64,000 nucleotides of DNA, taken from positions 429,409-493,408 of the forward strand of contig CAWDUQ010000001.1 in assembly GCA_963805495.1 (NCBI GenBank), in the 5' to 3' direction. Of the stretch, positions 9,093 to 19,401 are shown in pieces. The DNA comes from an uncultured Acidobacteriota bacterium. Its GTDB lineage: Bacteria; Acidobacteriota; Thermoanaerobaculia; UBA5066; Gp7-AA6. The notes under the pieces were generated by a model. It worked only from the letters and a program-made list of their open reading frames with translations. It ran no database searches and was not told where the DNA came from. Position 1 is the first letter of the stretch, and each line of letters begins with the position of its first letter. Position numbers and translations under genes: made by a program.

Positions 9093-10028
9093 TTACGGCA
9101 GCGTGGCCAGCCCGGTCTGAGGCTGGTACGTCGATCCCCCCGGCAGAACGCAGAGGCGAATCCCCGTTGCGCCGAGAACGGGGGCGCCGTTCGGGGTGAT
9201 CGCCGCCTCCCGGGCGTCGTAGACGACGGCGGCACTCTCGCCGAGGACCTTCCAGACGCCCGCCGGGCCGACCTCCAGGGCGGTCGATTCGTCGATTCCG
9301 ATTCCGACGAGGGTCGGGTTCTCGAGGATGACCGAGAGCAGGCGGTTGTTGCGCCGGCGGCGGACGTGGTGCTGGTCGATGACGACGCCCGGGAGGAGGC
9401 CGAATCCTTCCGCGGTGACGACGTTCCCGCGCGCGATCGTCATGAAGGCGTCGCTCGAGTCCTTGTCGGGCGGGCGGCTTCCGCCGGGATGCCGCTCGTC
9501 TCCCGTGATCATGGGCGTCGTCATGACGGCGGCGCCGGCGGAGGTGCCGCCCACGACGGCGCCGGCGCGGTAGAGCCCGGCGATCGCCTTCTCGACCGGG
9601 GTGTGGAGGAGGGCCGCCGTCAGGCGCGACTGGTCGCCTCCGCCGAACCAGATGCCGGTCACGCCGTCGAGGCGGCGCGCCGCGTCCTCGGATTCCGCCT
9701 CGCCGTGGGTCAAAACGACCCGCTCGGCCGATGCGCCGAGCCTCCGCAGGTGTTCGGCCATCTCGACGCCGGCATCGGGGTCCTCGGACGCCATCGGGAA
9801 GACCACGATGCGGGCTTTGCCGGCGCCGCCGGCGAGCGCCACGAAACGCTCGACGATCGAATCCGGAATGGGCCCTCCGCCCACGATGAGCAGCGTTCCC
9901 TTGAGAGCGGCGGCGGCCCCGGAGGCGGGCCGTAGCGTTGTGGCGGAGCAACCGGGGAAGACGAGGACGAAGGCGAGAAGGCCGGCGGCGGACCTCGCCG
10001 CGCGGGGGACGCTCGACGGAACTCTCAT
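9093..10028 (-). CDS. Cyanophycinase (peptidase S51) with probable lipoprotein signal
   Basis: LLIVGGG, FGGGDQSRL, nucleophile motif GTSAGA, DQHHVRRRRNNRL, GIGIDESTAL; hydrophobic leader ending FPGC; GGAGG RBS. Confidence 0.85.
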   Translation of the reverse strand: MRVPSSVPRAARSAAGLLAFVLVFPGCSATTLRPASGAAAALKGTLLIVGGGPIPDSIVERFVALAGGAGKARIVVFPMASEDPDAGVEMAEHLRRLGASAERVVLTHGEAESEDAARRLDGVTGIWFGGGDQSRLTAALLHTPVEKAIAGLYRAGAVVGGTSAGAAVMTTPMITGDERHPGGSRPPDKDSSDAFMTIARGNVVTAEGFGLLPGVVIDQHHVRRRRNNRLLSVILENPTLVGIGIDESTALEVGPAGVWKVLGESAAVVYDAREAAITPNGAPVLGATGIRLCVLPGGSTYQPQTGLATLP

Positions 10029-10274
10029 GCGACCTCCCTGACCGGAAGTCATCGGCCTCCGGAAAACCCGCGGCCACGCACGCCTTTTTGAATTTCGAGC
10101 GCGCCCGCGATTTTGATCGTTTCGGACTTTACGCCGCGCGAAACCGCGATAGCATAAATGCAACTTTCAACTGGACCCGTTCATTCGATCTCGGAGGCGT
10201 GCGCGCACGATGAATCGAAGCCATTCCCGGGACGCGGCGAAGTTCCCAGTTTTTCATTGAGGAGGAGGTCGTCT

Positions 10275-13200
10275 ATGTGGAGGTCCTATCTCGCTCGAGT
10301 GCTGGTCTGGTTCGTGGCGCTCGCGGGCCTCGGACTCCAGGCCGTCGCGCAGCAGAACACGGGAAACGTTTACGGCAACGTGATCGATCAGACGGGGACA
10401 CCGATCCCGGGCGGGACGGCCACGCTCACGGGCCCTTCCCAGCCGACGACCACCAGCGTCGACGGCACCGGCACCTTCCGGTTCCTGAAGGTGCCCCCCG
10501 GCAAGTACTCCGTCACGGTGACGATGCCGGGCTTCACGACGGTGACGCGCGAGAACGTGACCGTCTCGGTCGGCAGAAACACTCAGATCGACATGCAGCT
10601 CAAGCTCTCGGCGGTCCAGGAGACCGTCACGGTCACGAGCCAGACGCCGCTGCTCGATCCGCGCAAGGTCGAGACGGGGCAGAACTTCTCGCGTGACGAG
10701 CTGACCGAGATTCCCACCTCCCGGGACATCTGGTCGCTCATCCAGCAGGTGCCCGGCGTCCAGATCGACACCGTGAACGTCGCGGGCAACCAGAGCGCGA
10801 TCGCCGGCGGCCCGGACTTCATCACCAAGGGCTCGGGCAACGTCGTCTACCAGGTCGACGGCGCGACCGCCACCGACAATGCGTACGGCAACCCGTTCTC
10901 GCGCCAGAACGGCGGGACGAACACATTCTTCGACTTCGCGGCGATCCAGGACGTCGAAGTCGCGACCGGCGGCTCGGTCCTCGAGCAGCAGACCTCGGGC
11001 ATAACGATCAACGTCGTCACCAAGCGCGGCACGAACGAATACCACGGCGCGGCGCGCTACCTCTACGCCTCGAGCAACTGGCAGTCGGACAACACGCCGC
11101 AGGAGGCCGTGGACCAGGGCCTTCCGACGAACAACACCCGGATGATCCGCGAGTACGGCGCGGACTTCGGCGGCCCGATCATCAAGGACAAGCTGTGGCT
11201 CTGGTTCGCCGGCGCCTACCAGACCATCAACACGAACCAGACGGCGTTCAGCACGACCTTCGGCACCTTCGCGGCGCCCACCTGGGTCAATCTCGAGCCC
11301 TGGAGCGCGAAGCTGAACGCGCAGCTCTCCAGCGCGAACTCGGCGCAGCTCTATTTTCAGCGCAGCGACCGCACCCAGCTCAACACGAGCGCCGGACCGA
11401 CGCGCGCACCCGAGGCGCAGACCCTGCTCACGATCCCGACCAACTTTTACAAGGTCGAGGACTCGCACGTCTTCTCCGCGGACCTGTTCGCCTCGTTCTA
11501 CGCGGCCTACCAGAAGCCCGATTACACGGATGTCGGCAACGGCTCGAAGAACTGCCTGCAGCCCCAGTTTCAGGTCGTCTGCCCCGGGGATACGACGAGG
11601 GACGCCTACTGGAACCAGGGCACGTACTTCAACAATTACTCGTACTACTGGGCCAAGGACCCGCAGAGGCAGGCCAACGGCACGATGTCCAAGTTCTTCA
11701 ACACCGGCTCGGTCAACCACGAGGTGAAGTTCAGCTTCAACTACCGGCAGCAGATCGCGGACTCGGCGACCGGCTGGCCGGGCGACCAGAACGTCGGCAG
11801 CGAGTACGAGTACTCGTCCTCCAATACGGCGCTGCTGTCGCGCGGGGTTCGCCCGATCTACAAGAACCAGTTCTGGAGCGGAACGCTCGGCGACACGATC
11901 ACGATGGGCAACCTCACCGCGCAGGTCGGCGTTCGATACGACCGGCAGCAGGCGAAAAACCTCCCCGGCTCCGCCTTCGAGAACGTCATGTTTCCGGATC
12001 TGCTCCCGGCGGTGCAGTACCACGGCGCCGACAGCTGGCAGTTCGACTTCACCAACTGGCAGCCGCGGGTGTCGGCGACCTACGCCCTGGGGGAGAACAA
12101 GACGACGCTGGTCCGCGCCTCCTACGCGCAATTTGCCGACCAGCTCGGGTTCATCGGCTACTACGCGAGCGGGGTGCCCATATCGAACGGTTACTACTAC
12201 TACTGGACGGACCTCAACCAGGACCACTTCGTCCAGCCCAACGAGATCGACCTCGAGAACGGGCTTTACGGGTTCTACAACGACATCGACCCGGCCACTC
12301 TGCCGAACGTCCCGAACTCCATACAGCCGGGTCTGAAGGTGCCGAAGACCAACGAGTTAACGTTCGGCGTCGACCAGCAGTTCACCGACACGCTGGCGGT
12401 GTCGGCGACCTTCAGTTACCGCTCCACGAACAACCTTCTCCAGCAGTTGCCGACGGGCGCGAACAGCCTCAACGACTGGTCGCCCGCGGGGCGGACGCTG
12501 TGCGAGGATGACAACGGCAACCTGGGGCCGTGCGTGGCCGTCGCGCCCAACGGCTTCACGCTTGCGATCGACGAACCGTACTATTCTCTGCAACTTCCCG
12601 AGGAGCCGGCGGGCGTGACGATCTCCGACCGGCCCGGGGCCACGCAGAGGTACTACGGCGTGGATGTGTCGGTCGTCAAACGATTGTCGGACCACTGGAT
12701 GTTCCGGGGCAACTTCGGCTGGAACAGCTACAAGCAGCACCTGACGGCGGCCTCGATCCAGGACCCGAACAACCTGTGGAACCTGGGCGGCCAGAACTGC
12801 GGGGCGGTCCCGCAGACGTCGTGCCTGGCGGCCGGGTATTCCTCCCGCAATTCGGTCTTCCTGAACGGAAGCTGGCAGTTCAACGTGAACGCGCTCTACC
12901 AGGGACCGTGGGGAATCAATCTCGGCGCCAACTTCTTCGGCCGCCAGGGGTATCCCAATCCCTACTACGTCCGGGTCCGCGGGATCGAGGATGCGGCCGG
13001 CATCAGCCACACCTATTTCATCCAGATCAACCAGCTCGACACGTACCGATACGACAACGTCTACGAGCTCGACATGCGGCTCGCCAAGACGTTCGCGATC
13101 GGGGATTTCAGCGTCACTCCGGCCGTCGAGCTCTTCAACGTGGCCAACGCCAACACCATCCTCCAGCGCTACCAGCGGACCGGCGACTACCGGGCCAACC

Positions 13201-13292
13201 GGGGCACGTTCAACCAGAACGATTACTTCAACCAGATCATCGAGGTGCAGAGCCCGCGCATCGTGAGGCTCGGCATCAACGTCAACTTCTAG
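10275..13292 (+). CDS. TonB-dependent receptor (Oar-like, N-terminal carboxypeptidase-regulatory-like domain)
   Basis: GAGGAGG RBS, signal peptide, INVVTKRGTNEYHG, GGPIIKDKLW, WQPRVSATY, terminal SPRIVRLGINVNF. Confidence 0.92.
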   Translation: MWRSYLARVLVWFVALAGLGLQAVAQQNTGNVYGNVIDQTGTPIPGGTATLTGPSQPTTTSVDGTGTFRFLKVPPGKYSVTVTMPGFTTVTRENVTVSVGRNTQIDMQLKLSAVQETVTVTSQTPLLDPRKVETGQNFSRDELTEIPTSRDIWSLIQQVPGVQIDTVNVAGNQSAIAGGPDFITKGSGNVVYQVDGATATDNAYGNPFSRQNGGTNTFFDFAAIQDVEVATGGSVLEQQTSGITINVVTKRGTNEYHGAARYLYASSNWQSDNTPQEAVDQGLPTNNTRMIREYGADFGGPIIKDKLWLWFAGAYQTINTNQTAFSTTFGTFAAPTWVNLEPWSAKLNAQLSSANSAQLYFQRSDRTQLNTSAGPTRAPEAQTLLTIPTNFYKVEDSHVFSADLFASFYAAYQKPDYTDVGNGSKNCLQPQFQVVCPGDTTRDAYWNQGTYFNNYSYYWAKDPQRQANGTMSKFFNTGSVNHEVKFSFNYRQQIADSATGWPGDQNVGSEYEYSSSNTALLSRGVRPIYKNQFWSGTLGDTITMGNLTAQVGVRYDRQQAKNLPGSAFENVMFPDLLPAVQYHGADSWQFDFTNWQPRVSATYALGENKTTLVRASYAQFADQLGFIGYYASGVPISNGYYYYWTDLNQDHFVQPNEIDLENGLYGFYNDIDPATLPNVPNSIQPGLKVPKTNELTFGVDQQFTDTLAVSATFSYRSTNNLLQQLPTGANSLNDWSPAGRTLCEDDNGNLGPCVAVAPNGFTLAIDEPYYSLQLPEEPAGVTISDRPGATQRYYGVDVSVVKRLSDHWMFRGNFGWNSYKQHLTAASIQDPNNLWNLGGQNCGAVPQTSCLAAGYSSRNSVFLNGSWQFNVNALYQGPWGINLGANFFGRQGYPNPYYVRVRGIEDAAGISHTYFIQINQLDTYRYDNVYELDMRLAKTFAIGDFSVTPAVELFNVANANTILQRYQRTGDYRANRGTFNQNDYFNQIIEVQSPRIVRLGINVNF

Positions 13293-13305
13293 GGCCGCGA
13301 ATTTC

Positions 13306-13344
13306 GGGGTCCGCCCGGGAATTCCGGGCGGGCCCCTTCGTTTT
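13306..13344 (+). terminator. Intrinsic terminator after the TonB-dependent receptor
   Basis: GGGGTCCGCCCGG-GAATT-CCGGGCGGGCCCC followed by TTCGTTTT. Confidence 0.7.
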
Positions 13345-13353
13345 GGGGCGGGC

Positions 13354-15458
13354 GTGACACAGCGGTTCTGGGCGGCCGGGGTTTGTGCTCTTCTGGCCCT
13401 GCCGCTCGCCTCCTGCCGCCGGGAGCCTGCCGGGCAGGCGCCGTCCCCGAGCTCCGCCCCGCGCGTGGCTCGCGACGTCGTCGTCATCACGATCGACACG
13501 CTGCGGGCCGACGCCGTCGGGTTCGGCGGCAATCCGCGGGGGACGACGCCGAACCTCGACCGGCTGGCCGCCGAGGGCCGCGTGTTCACGCAGGCGCACG
13601 CGCACAACGTCATCACCCTGCCCTCGCACACGAACATCCTGACCGGGCTGCTGCCGTACCAGCACGGCGTGCGGGAGAACGCGGGCTTCCGGCTGTCGCC
13701 GAAGATCCCGACGGCCGCCGGGCGGCTCAAGGCCAGGGGCTACGCGTCGGGCGCGTTCGTCGCGGCCTACGTTCTCGACTCGCGCTATGGCCTCGGCCAT
13801 GACTTCGACGTCTACAACGAGCTCTACCGCCACCTCGACGAGCAGTTCGAGTTCTCCATCCAGCAGGCCCGCGCGGAGGACGTGGTGAAGGCGGCGGTCG
13901 ACTGGTACCGCGGGGAGAAGGGCAAGCCGCGGTTCCTGTGGGTGCACCTCTACGACCCCCACGCGCCCTACGACCCGCCGTCTCCCTACCGGGAGCGGTT
14001 CGCCGACGACCTCTACCTCGGCGAGGTCGCCTACACGGATGCCTCCCTCGCGCCGCTGCTCGCCGAGGTGCGCGCGACGGACCCGCCGCCGCTCGTCGTC
14101 GTCACGGGCGATCACGGCGAGGCCCGGGGCGATCACGGGGAGCTCACGCACGGGCTCTTCTGCTACGAGTCGACGCTTCACGTTCCGCTCTTCGCCTGGT
14201 GCCCTCCGCTCCTGCCGGCCGGCAGGAACGACGTCCCGGCGCGGCACATCGACATCCTGCCGACGATCCTCGATGCCGTCGGCGAGCCGAAGCCTCCGGA
14301 GCTGACGGGACAGTCCCTCCTGCCCGCCGGCCGGAAGGAGGCGGAGGAGGGAAGTTACTTCGAGGCGCTCTCGGCGGCCTTCAACCGTGGCTGGGCCCCG
14401 CTCCGGGGCATGGCGGCGCGCGGAGACAAGTACATCGACCTGCCGATTCCGGAGCTCTACAACCTCCCGACGGACCCCAAAGAGGTGAAGAATCTGGTGC
14501 CGGAAGCGCCCGACGCCCTGCGGCGGCTGCGCAAACGCCTGCTCGAGCTTCCCGCGGCGCCCCGCGAGAGGGGCACGGTCGGCTCGGAGGAAGCCGCCAA
14601 GCTCCGCAACCTCGGCTACCTGACGGGCTCGGGAGAGACGAAGGAGACATACGGCCCGCAGGACGACCCGAAAACGCTCATCTCCGTCGACCAGACGCTC
14701 CACACGATCATGGAGTTGAGCGATCGAGGCCAGTGCGACGAGGCGCTGCCGATGGCCCGAAGGTCGTCGCCGAGAACCCCCGGATGAAGCTCGGCTACAC
14801 GCACCTCGCCATGGTCCTGCGTTGCAAGGGCGACATCCAGGGAGTCCTCCGCGCATTCGAAAGCGCTTCCAAAAACGGCGCGGGCGGCGAGAGAACCGAC
14901 CGCCAGCGCGCGATGGTGCTCTCCGAAATGGGCCGGCCGAAGGAGGCCCTCGCGGTCCTGCTCCCGTATCGCGAAAGCGACGAGCTCGAAACGCTCAATT
15001 CGCTCGGCATCGCCCTCTCCGATGCGGGGCGCGCGCAGGAAGCCCTGCCCGTCTTCGACCGCGCCCTCGAGATCGACCCGACCAACGGAGACGCGTACCA
15101 GAACACGGGAATCGCGCTGCTGAAGCTCGATCGGCCGGAGGAGGCGCGAAAGAACCTCGAGCACGCCGTCGCCCTCGGCAAGCGGCGCGTCCGGGCCTGG
15201 AACGCGCTCGGTGTCGCCTGGTTGCGGCTCGGCGATCCCCGCCGGGCGATCGAGTGCTGGCAGAAATGCGTCGAGTTCAACCCCGAGCAGTACGACGCCA
15301 TCTACAACATCGGCCGCGTCGCCGGCCAGCTGGGCGACTGGAAGACCGCCCGCGCTGCGCTCGAGCGATTCGTCCAGACGGCGCCCCCGCGGCAGTACGC
15401 GCGCGACCTCGCGGAGGTCCGCGGCGTTCTCGCCGACATGGCAAGCCGCGGCCTCTGA
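13354..15458 (+). CDS. Sulfatase-like hydrolase with C-terminal TPRs, lipoprotein (frameshift near 14760)
   Basis: ITIDTLRAD, TLPSHTNILTG, WVHLYDPHAPY, GDHGE; TPRs continue in ORF 13938..15458 after ...PMAR / KVVAENP. Confidence 0.85.
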
Positions 15459-15481
15459 TTTCCCCATAGAATCGTCGGCCG

Positions 15482-16984
15482 ATGAAGGCTCTGCCGGGGT
15501 TCCTCGCTGCGGCGGTCGTGTCCCTCGGGCTCGCTCTCGCGGCACCGCCGCCGACCTCCTGGGTCATCGCGGGCGCGAGGGTCGCGGACGGAACGGGGGC
15601 GCCGCTCGTCGCGGAGGACGTGCGCGTCGACGGCGACCGCATCGTCGCCGTCGGCAAGCTCGCGCGGGCCCCGGGCGAGAAGGTCGTCGACGGACGGGGC
15701 CTGGTGCTTTCGCCCGGCTTCATCGACGTCCACAACCACTCGGAAGAGGGGCTCGTCAGCGACCCGCTCGCCGAGACCCAGGTCTCGCAGGGAATCACGA
15801 CGCTCGTCATCGGGCCGGATGGCGACTCGCCCTGGCCGATCGCCGAGTACCTCGACGCGCGGCGAAAGTCGCCGCCCGCGGTCAACGTGATGACCATGGT
15901 CGGCCACGCGACGGTCCGCGAGCTCGTCATGGGCAAGGACTTCCGGCGGACGGCGACACCGGGGGAGACCGCGAAGATGGCGGCGCTCGTCGAGCAGGGC
16001 ATGCGGGAAGGGGCGGCGGGCCTTTCCTCCGGCCTCGAGTACGACGTCGGCAGTTATGCCGCGACGGAGGAGCTGATCGCGCTCTCGAAGGCCGCGGCGG
16101 CGCACGGCGGTTTCTACATGACGCACGTCCGCGACGAGGCGGAAAAGACGTTTGCCGCCTTCGAGGAGGCGATCGAGATCTGCGTGAAGGCCGGGCTGCC
16201 GCTCGAGATCTCGCACATCAAGCTCGGCACGGTCGGCGTATGGGGACAGACGGCGCGGGCGATCGCGCTTTTCGACGCCGCGCGCCGGAGGGGACTCGAC
16301 GCCACGGCCGACTGCTATCCGTACGAGGCCTGGCATTCCAACCTGGAAGTCATCGTCCCCGACAAGCAGTACGACAATCCCGGAAGCGTCGCCGAGGCGC
16401 TCCGGGTCCTCGGCGGCCCCTCGCGGGTCACCGTGACGTACTGCAAGGCCCATCCCGCCTACGCCGGGAAGTCGCTCGAGGAGATCGCGGCGATGGAAGG
16501 GATGACGCCGGTCGCGCTCTACTCGAAGATGGTCCGGGAAGGCGGCGCGGACATCATCGGCCACTCGATGAAGGAAGAGGATGTCCTCGCCCTCTATCGG
16601 CAGCCCTGGGTCATGGTCGCCTCCGACGGCGGCATCGACAACGACCATCCGCGGGGAGCGGGCACCTTCCCGCGCGTGCTCGGCCGGTTCGTGCGCGAGA
16701 AACATCTCTTCACGCTCGAAGAGGCCGTCCGCAAGATGACGTCGCTTCCGGCCTCGCGAATGAAGCTCGACGACCGCGGGCGCATCGCGCCGGGGATGAG
16801 GGCCGACCTCGTCCTCTTCGATCCCGCGACCGTCATCGACCGGTCGACCTTTGCCGAGCCGCGCCGGCTCGCGGATGGGATCGTCCTGACGGTCGTCAAC
16901 GGCGAGCCGGTCTGGAAGGACCGGAAGACGACGGGCGCAAGGCCCGGACGCGTTCTGAAGGGGAAGCCGCCGGAGGCGAAGTAG
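15482..16984 (+). CDS. N-acyl-D-amino-acid deacylase (amidohydrolase)
   Basis: PGFIDVHNHS, GLSSGLEY, THVRDE, SHIK, ASDG, HPRGAGTFPRVLG, ADLVLFDP. Confidence 0.9.
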   Translation: MKALPGFLAAAVVSLGLALAAPPPTSWVIAGARVADGTGAPLVAEDVRVDGDRIVAVGKLARAPGEKVVDGRGLVLSPGFIDVHNHSEEGLVSDPLAETQVSQGITTLVIGPDGDSPWPIAEYLDARRKSPPAVNVMTMVGHATVRELVMGKDFRRTATPGETAKMAALVEQGMREGAAGLSSGLEYDVGSYAATEELIALSKAAAAHGGFYMTHVRDEAEKTFAAFEEAIEICVKAGLPLEISHIKLGTVGVWGQTARAIALFDAARRRGLDATADCYPYEAWHSNLEVIVPDKQYDNPGSVAEALRVLGGPSRVTVTYCKAHPAYAGKSLEEIAAMEGMTPVALYSKMVREGGADIIGHSMKEEDVLALYRQPWVMVASDGGIDNDHPRGAGTFPRVLGRFVREKHLFTLEEAVRKMTSLPASRMKLDDRGRIAPGMRADLVLFDPATVIDRSTFAEPRRLADGIVLTVVNGEPVWKDRKTTGARPGRVLKGKPPEAK

Positions 16985-17027
16985 AATCGGCGCCCCGGGG
17001 CCGATCGGCATTCGGGCCCGGAGGAAC

Positions 17028-19373
17028 ATGAAAAAACTCCCGCTCGCGACACTCCTCACCCTGGTTCTCGTCGGCGGCGCGACGGTCCTGCTCTCGTCCG
17101 CGGCGTCGGTCTCGGTCCCCGTCATCACCGAGCCCGCCTCGGACGGCCAGGTCATCAACCCCTACGACGTCCACATGGTCGCGGGACCTTTCGTGGGCTC
17201 TCCCGGCGAGGCCCACGTCTGCAGCGACTGGGAAATCCGGACGGCCGACTCCGACGAGCTGGTCTGGAGCGCTCCCTGCGCGGACGGGTCGGGCAAGGTG
17301 CACGTCCACCTCGGCGACGGCACTTTCACGGGATCTCTCGACGGCCGCCACCAGTTGAACGCGAGCGGCACATACCGGCTGCGCGTCCGCTTCCTGGGCG
17401 ACGCGGAACCGGCCGGGACCGACTGGAGCGACTGGGCCGTCCGTGAGTTCGCGACCACGGCCGCGACCGTGATCCAGCCGATCCTGCTCGCGGACGTGTC
17501 CGTCGTCCCGACGCCGCGGTGGCGCGACGACGCCGGGCACGACGTCGTGCTGCCCGCGGCCGGCGGCGGGGCGGGGAGCTTGCGGCTCGATGTGCTCGGC
17601 GGCGGGACGGCCCTCGCCTTCACCGGGTTCGACGGCGCGGTCAACAATCTTTCGAACCCGGCTCCCGTCGCGGCGCACGGCGCCCTGCGGGTCATCGTCG
17701 TCGCGGGTTCGGCTCCGCTCGATCTCCCGGCTTCGACGGTGCTCTTCACGGACGGAGGGGGAGAGGACCGGCAGGTCTTTCTTCCCCCGGTTGCGCTCGC
17801 CACGGACGAGAGCGTGTCCTTCTGGATCGCGGAAGGAGGCGGAGCATTCACCGACGCGACCGGCGGCGACCCGGCCGCGGCGCCCGTGTTCAACTCTCCG
17901 GTCACCGAGCCGCCCGTTCCCTGGGCCGTGAAGCAGCCGGGGTTCCGGGTCGATCGCGTGGCGACCGGCTTCCAGCTCCCTGTCAACATCGCGTTTGCCC
18001 CCGTGCCGGGCCCCGCGCCCGACGACCCGCTGTACTACGTCTCGGAGCTCTACGGCTCCGTCAAGGTCGTCTCGCGCAACGGGACGGTCTCGGACTACGC
18101 GACCGGACTCCTGAACTTCGATCCCTTCGGGGGGTTCCCCGGCTCGGGCGAGAAAGGCGTGGCGGGGATCGTCGTCGATCCCGGCTCGGGCGATGTCTAC
18201 GTCAGCTCGATCTTCGAGATCCCCGGAGTGACCGACTATCACTTTCCCGAGGTCCGGCGGCTCCACAGCGACGACGGGGGGCGGACGGCCTCGACCCGGG
18301 ATGCGATCCTGCAGTTCCCGGACGAGCCCATGGGTGCCTCGCACCAGACGTCCAACCTGTCGATCGGGCCCGACGGGAAGCTCTACGTGCACATCGGGGA
18401 CGGGCTCCTCACCACGCCGGCGCAGGACCTCGACTCGGTGCGCGGAAAGATCCTCCGGGTCAACCTCGACGGGTCGGCGCCCGAGGACAACCCCTACTAC
18501 GACGCGATGGACGGCCTGACGAAGCGGGATCTCATTTTCGCCTCGGGCCTGCGCAATCCCTTCGGGGGGTGCTGGCGGGACGTCGACGCGTCCCACTGGG
18601 AAGTCGAGAACGGGCCGGGCACGGACCGGCTGGCGAAGATCGTCGCGGGGCGCAATTACCTCTGGGACGGCTCGGACGGGAGCATGACCAATTACGCCGC
18701 GTACAACTGGGCCCCGTCGCACGCCCCGGTGAACATCGCGTTCGTGCAGCTCTCGACGTTTGCGGGAAGCGGATTCCCCGCCGACCGCCTCAATCACGCC
18801 TTCGTCTCGGAGTCGGGCGCGACCTACGCGGCCGGGCCGCAGGAACTCGGCAAGCGCGTCGTCGAATTCGTGCTCGACGCGGACGGCAACCTGGTGCGCG
18901 GCCCGCTGCCCGTCGTCGAGTATCTCGGCTCGGGCCGGGGAACCGCGGTGGGTCTGGCGGCCGGGCCCGACGGCCTCTACTTCACCGACCTCTACAAAGA
19001 CTTCGGGGCGCTGACGCCGATCGACCCGGGCGCAAGCGTCTTCCGGATCGTCTGGACCGGCGTGGCGGATTTCACGGCGGAGGCCGGGGCGTCCGGGCCG
19101 GTCCCGTTCGGGGTTCAGTTCCGAGATGCCTCGAACGTCCCCTCGGCCTCGGCATGGCACTGGGAGTTCGGGGACGGCGACACGAGCGACGAGCACGAGC
19201 CCTTTCACGTCTATCGCCTGGCGGGCCTCTACGACGTGCGCCTGACGGTCACCGGCGCGCCGGGTTCCGTGTCCCGGCAGAAACCGGGGTTCGTCACGAC
19301 GGGGCCCTCGATCCGGAACGTCCGGATCGCTCCCCGAGCCCTGCCCACGCCCAGGGTCCTTTCCCCGAGGTAG
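17028..19373 (+). CDS. Secreted PQQ-dependent sugar dehydrogenase (GSDH-like) with PKD domain
   Basis: GPDGKLYVHIGDG, AQDLDSVRGKILRVNLDGSAPEDNP, GLRNPF, WHWEFGDG. Confidence 0.82.
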   Translation: MKKLPLATLLTLVLVGGATVLLSSAASVSVPVITEPASDGQVINPYDVHMVAGPFVGSPGEAHVCSDWEIRTADSDELVWSAPCADGSGKVHVHLGDGTFTGSLDGRHQLNASGTYRLRVRFLGDAEPAGTDWSDWAVREFATTAATVIQPILLADVSVVPTPRWRDDAGHDVVLPAAGGGAGSLRLDVLGGGTALAFTGFDGAVNNLSNPAPVAAHGALRVIVVAGSAPLDLPASTVLFTDGGGEDRQVFLPPVALATDESVSFWIAEGGGAFTDATGGDPAAAPVFNSPVTEPPVPWAVKQPGFRVDRVATGFQLPVNIAFAPVPGPAPDDPLYYVSELYGSVKVVSRNGTVSDYATGLLNFDPFGGFPGSGEKGVAGIVVDPGSGDVYVSSIFEIPGVTDYHFPEVRRLHSDDGGRTASTRDAILQFPDEPMGASHQTSNLSIGPDGKLYVHIGDGLLTTPAQDLDSVRGKILRVNLDGSAPEDNPYYDAMDGLTKRDLIFASGLRNPFGGCWRDVDASHWEVENGPGTDRLAKIVAGRNYLWDGSDGSMTNYAAYNWAPSHAPVNIAFVQLSTFAGSGFPADRLNHAFVSESGATYAAGPQELGKRVVEFVLDADGNLVRGPLPVVEYLGSGRGTAVGLAAGPDGLYFTDLYKDFGALTPIDPGASVFRIVWTGVADFTAEAGASGPVPFGVQFRDASNVPSASAWHWEFGDGDTSDEHEPFHVYRLAGLYDVRLTVTGAPGSVSRQKPGFVTTGPSIRNVRIAPRALPTPRVLSPR

Positions 19374-19401
19374 CTCGCCCGACCCCCTTACAATTGGCCG
19401 G

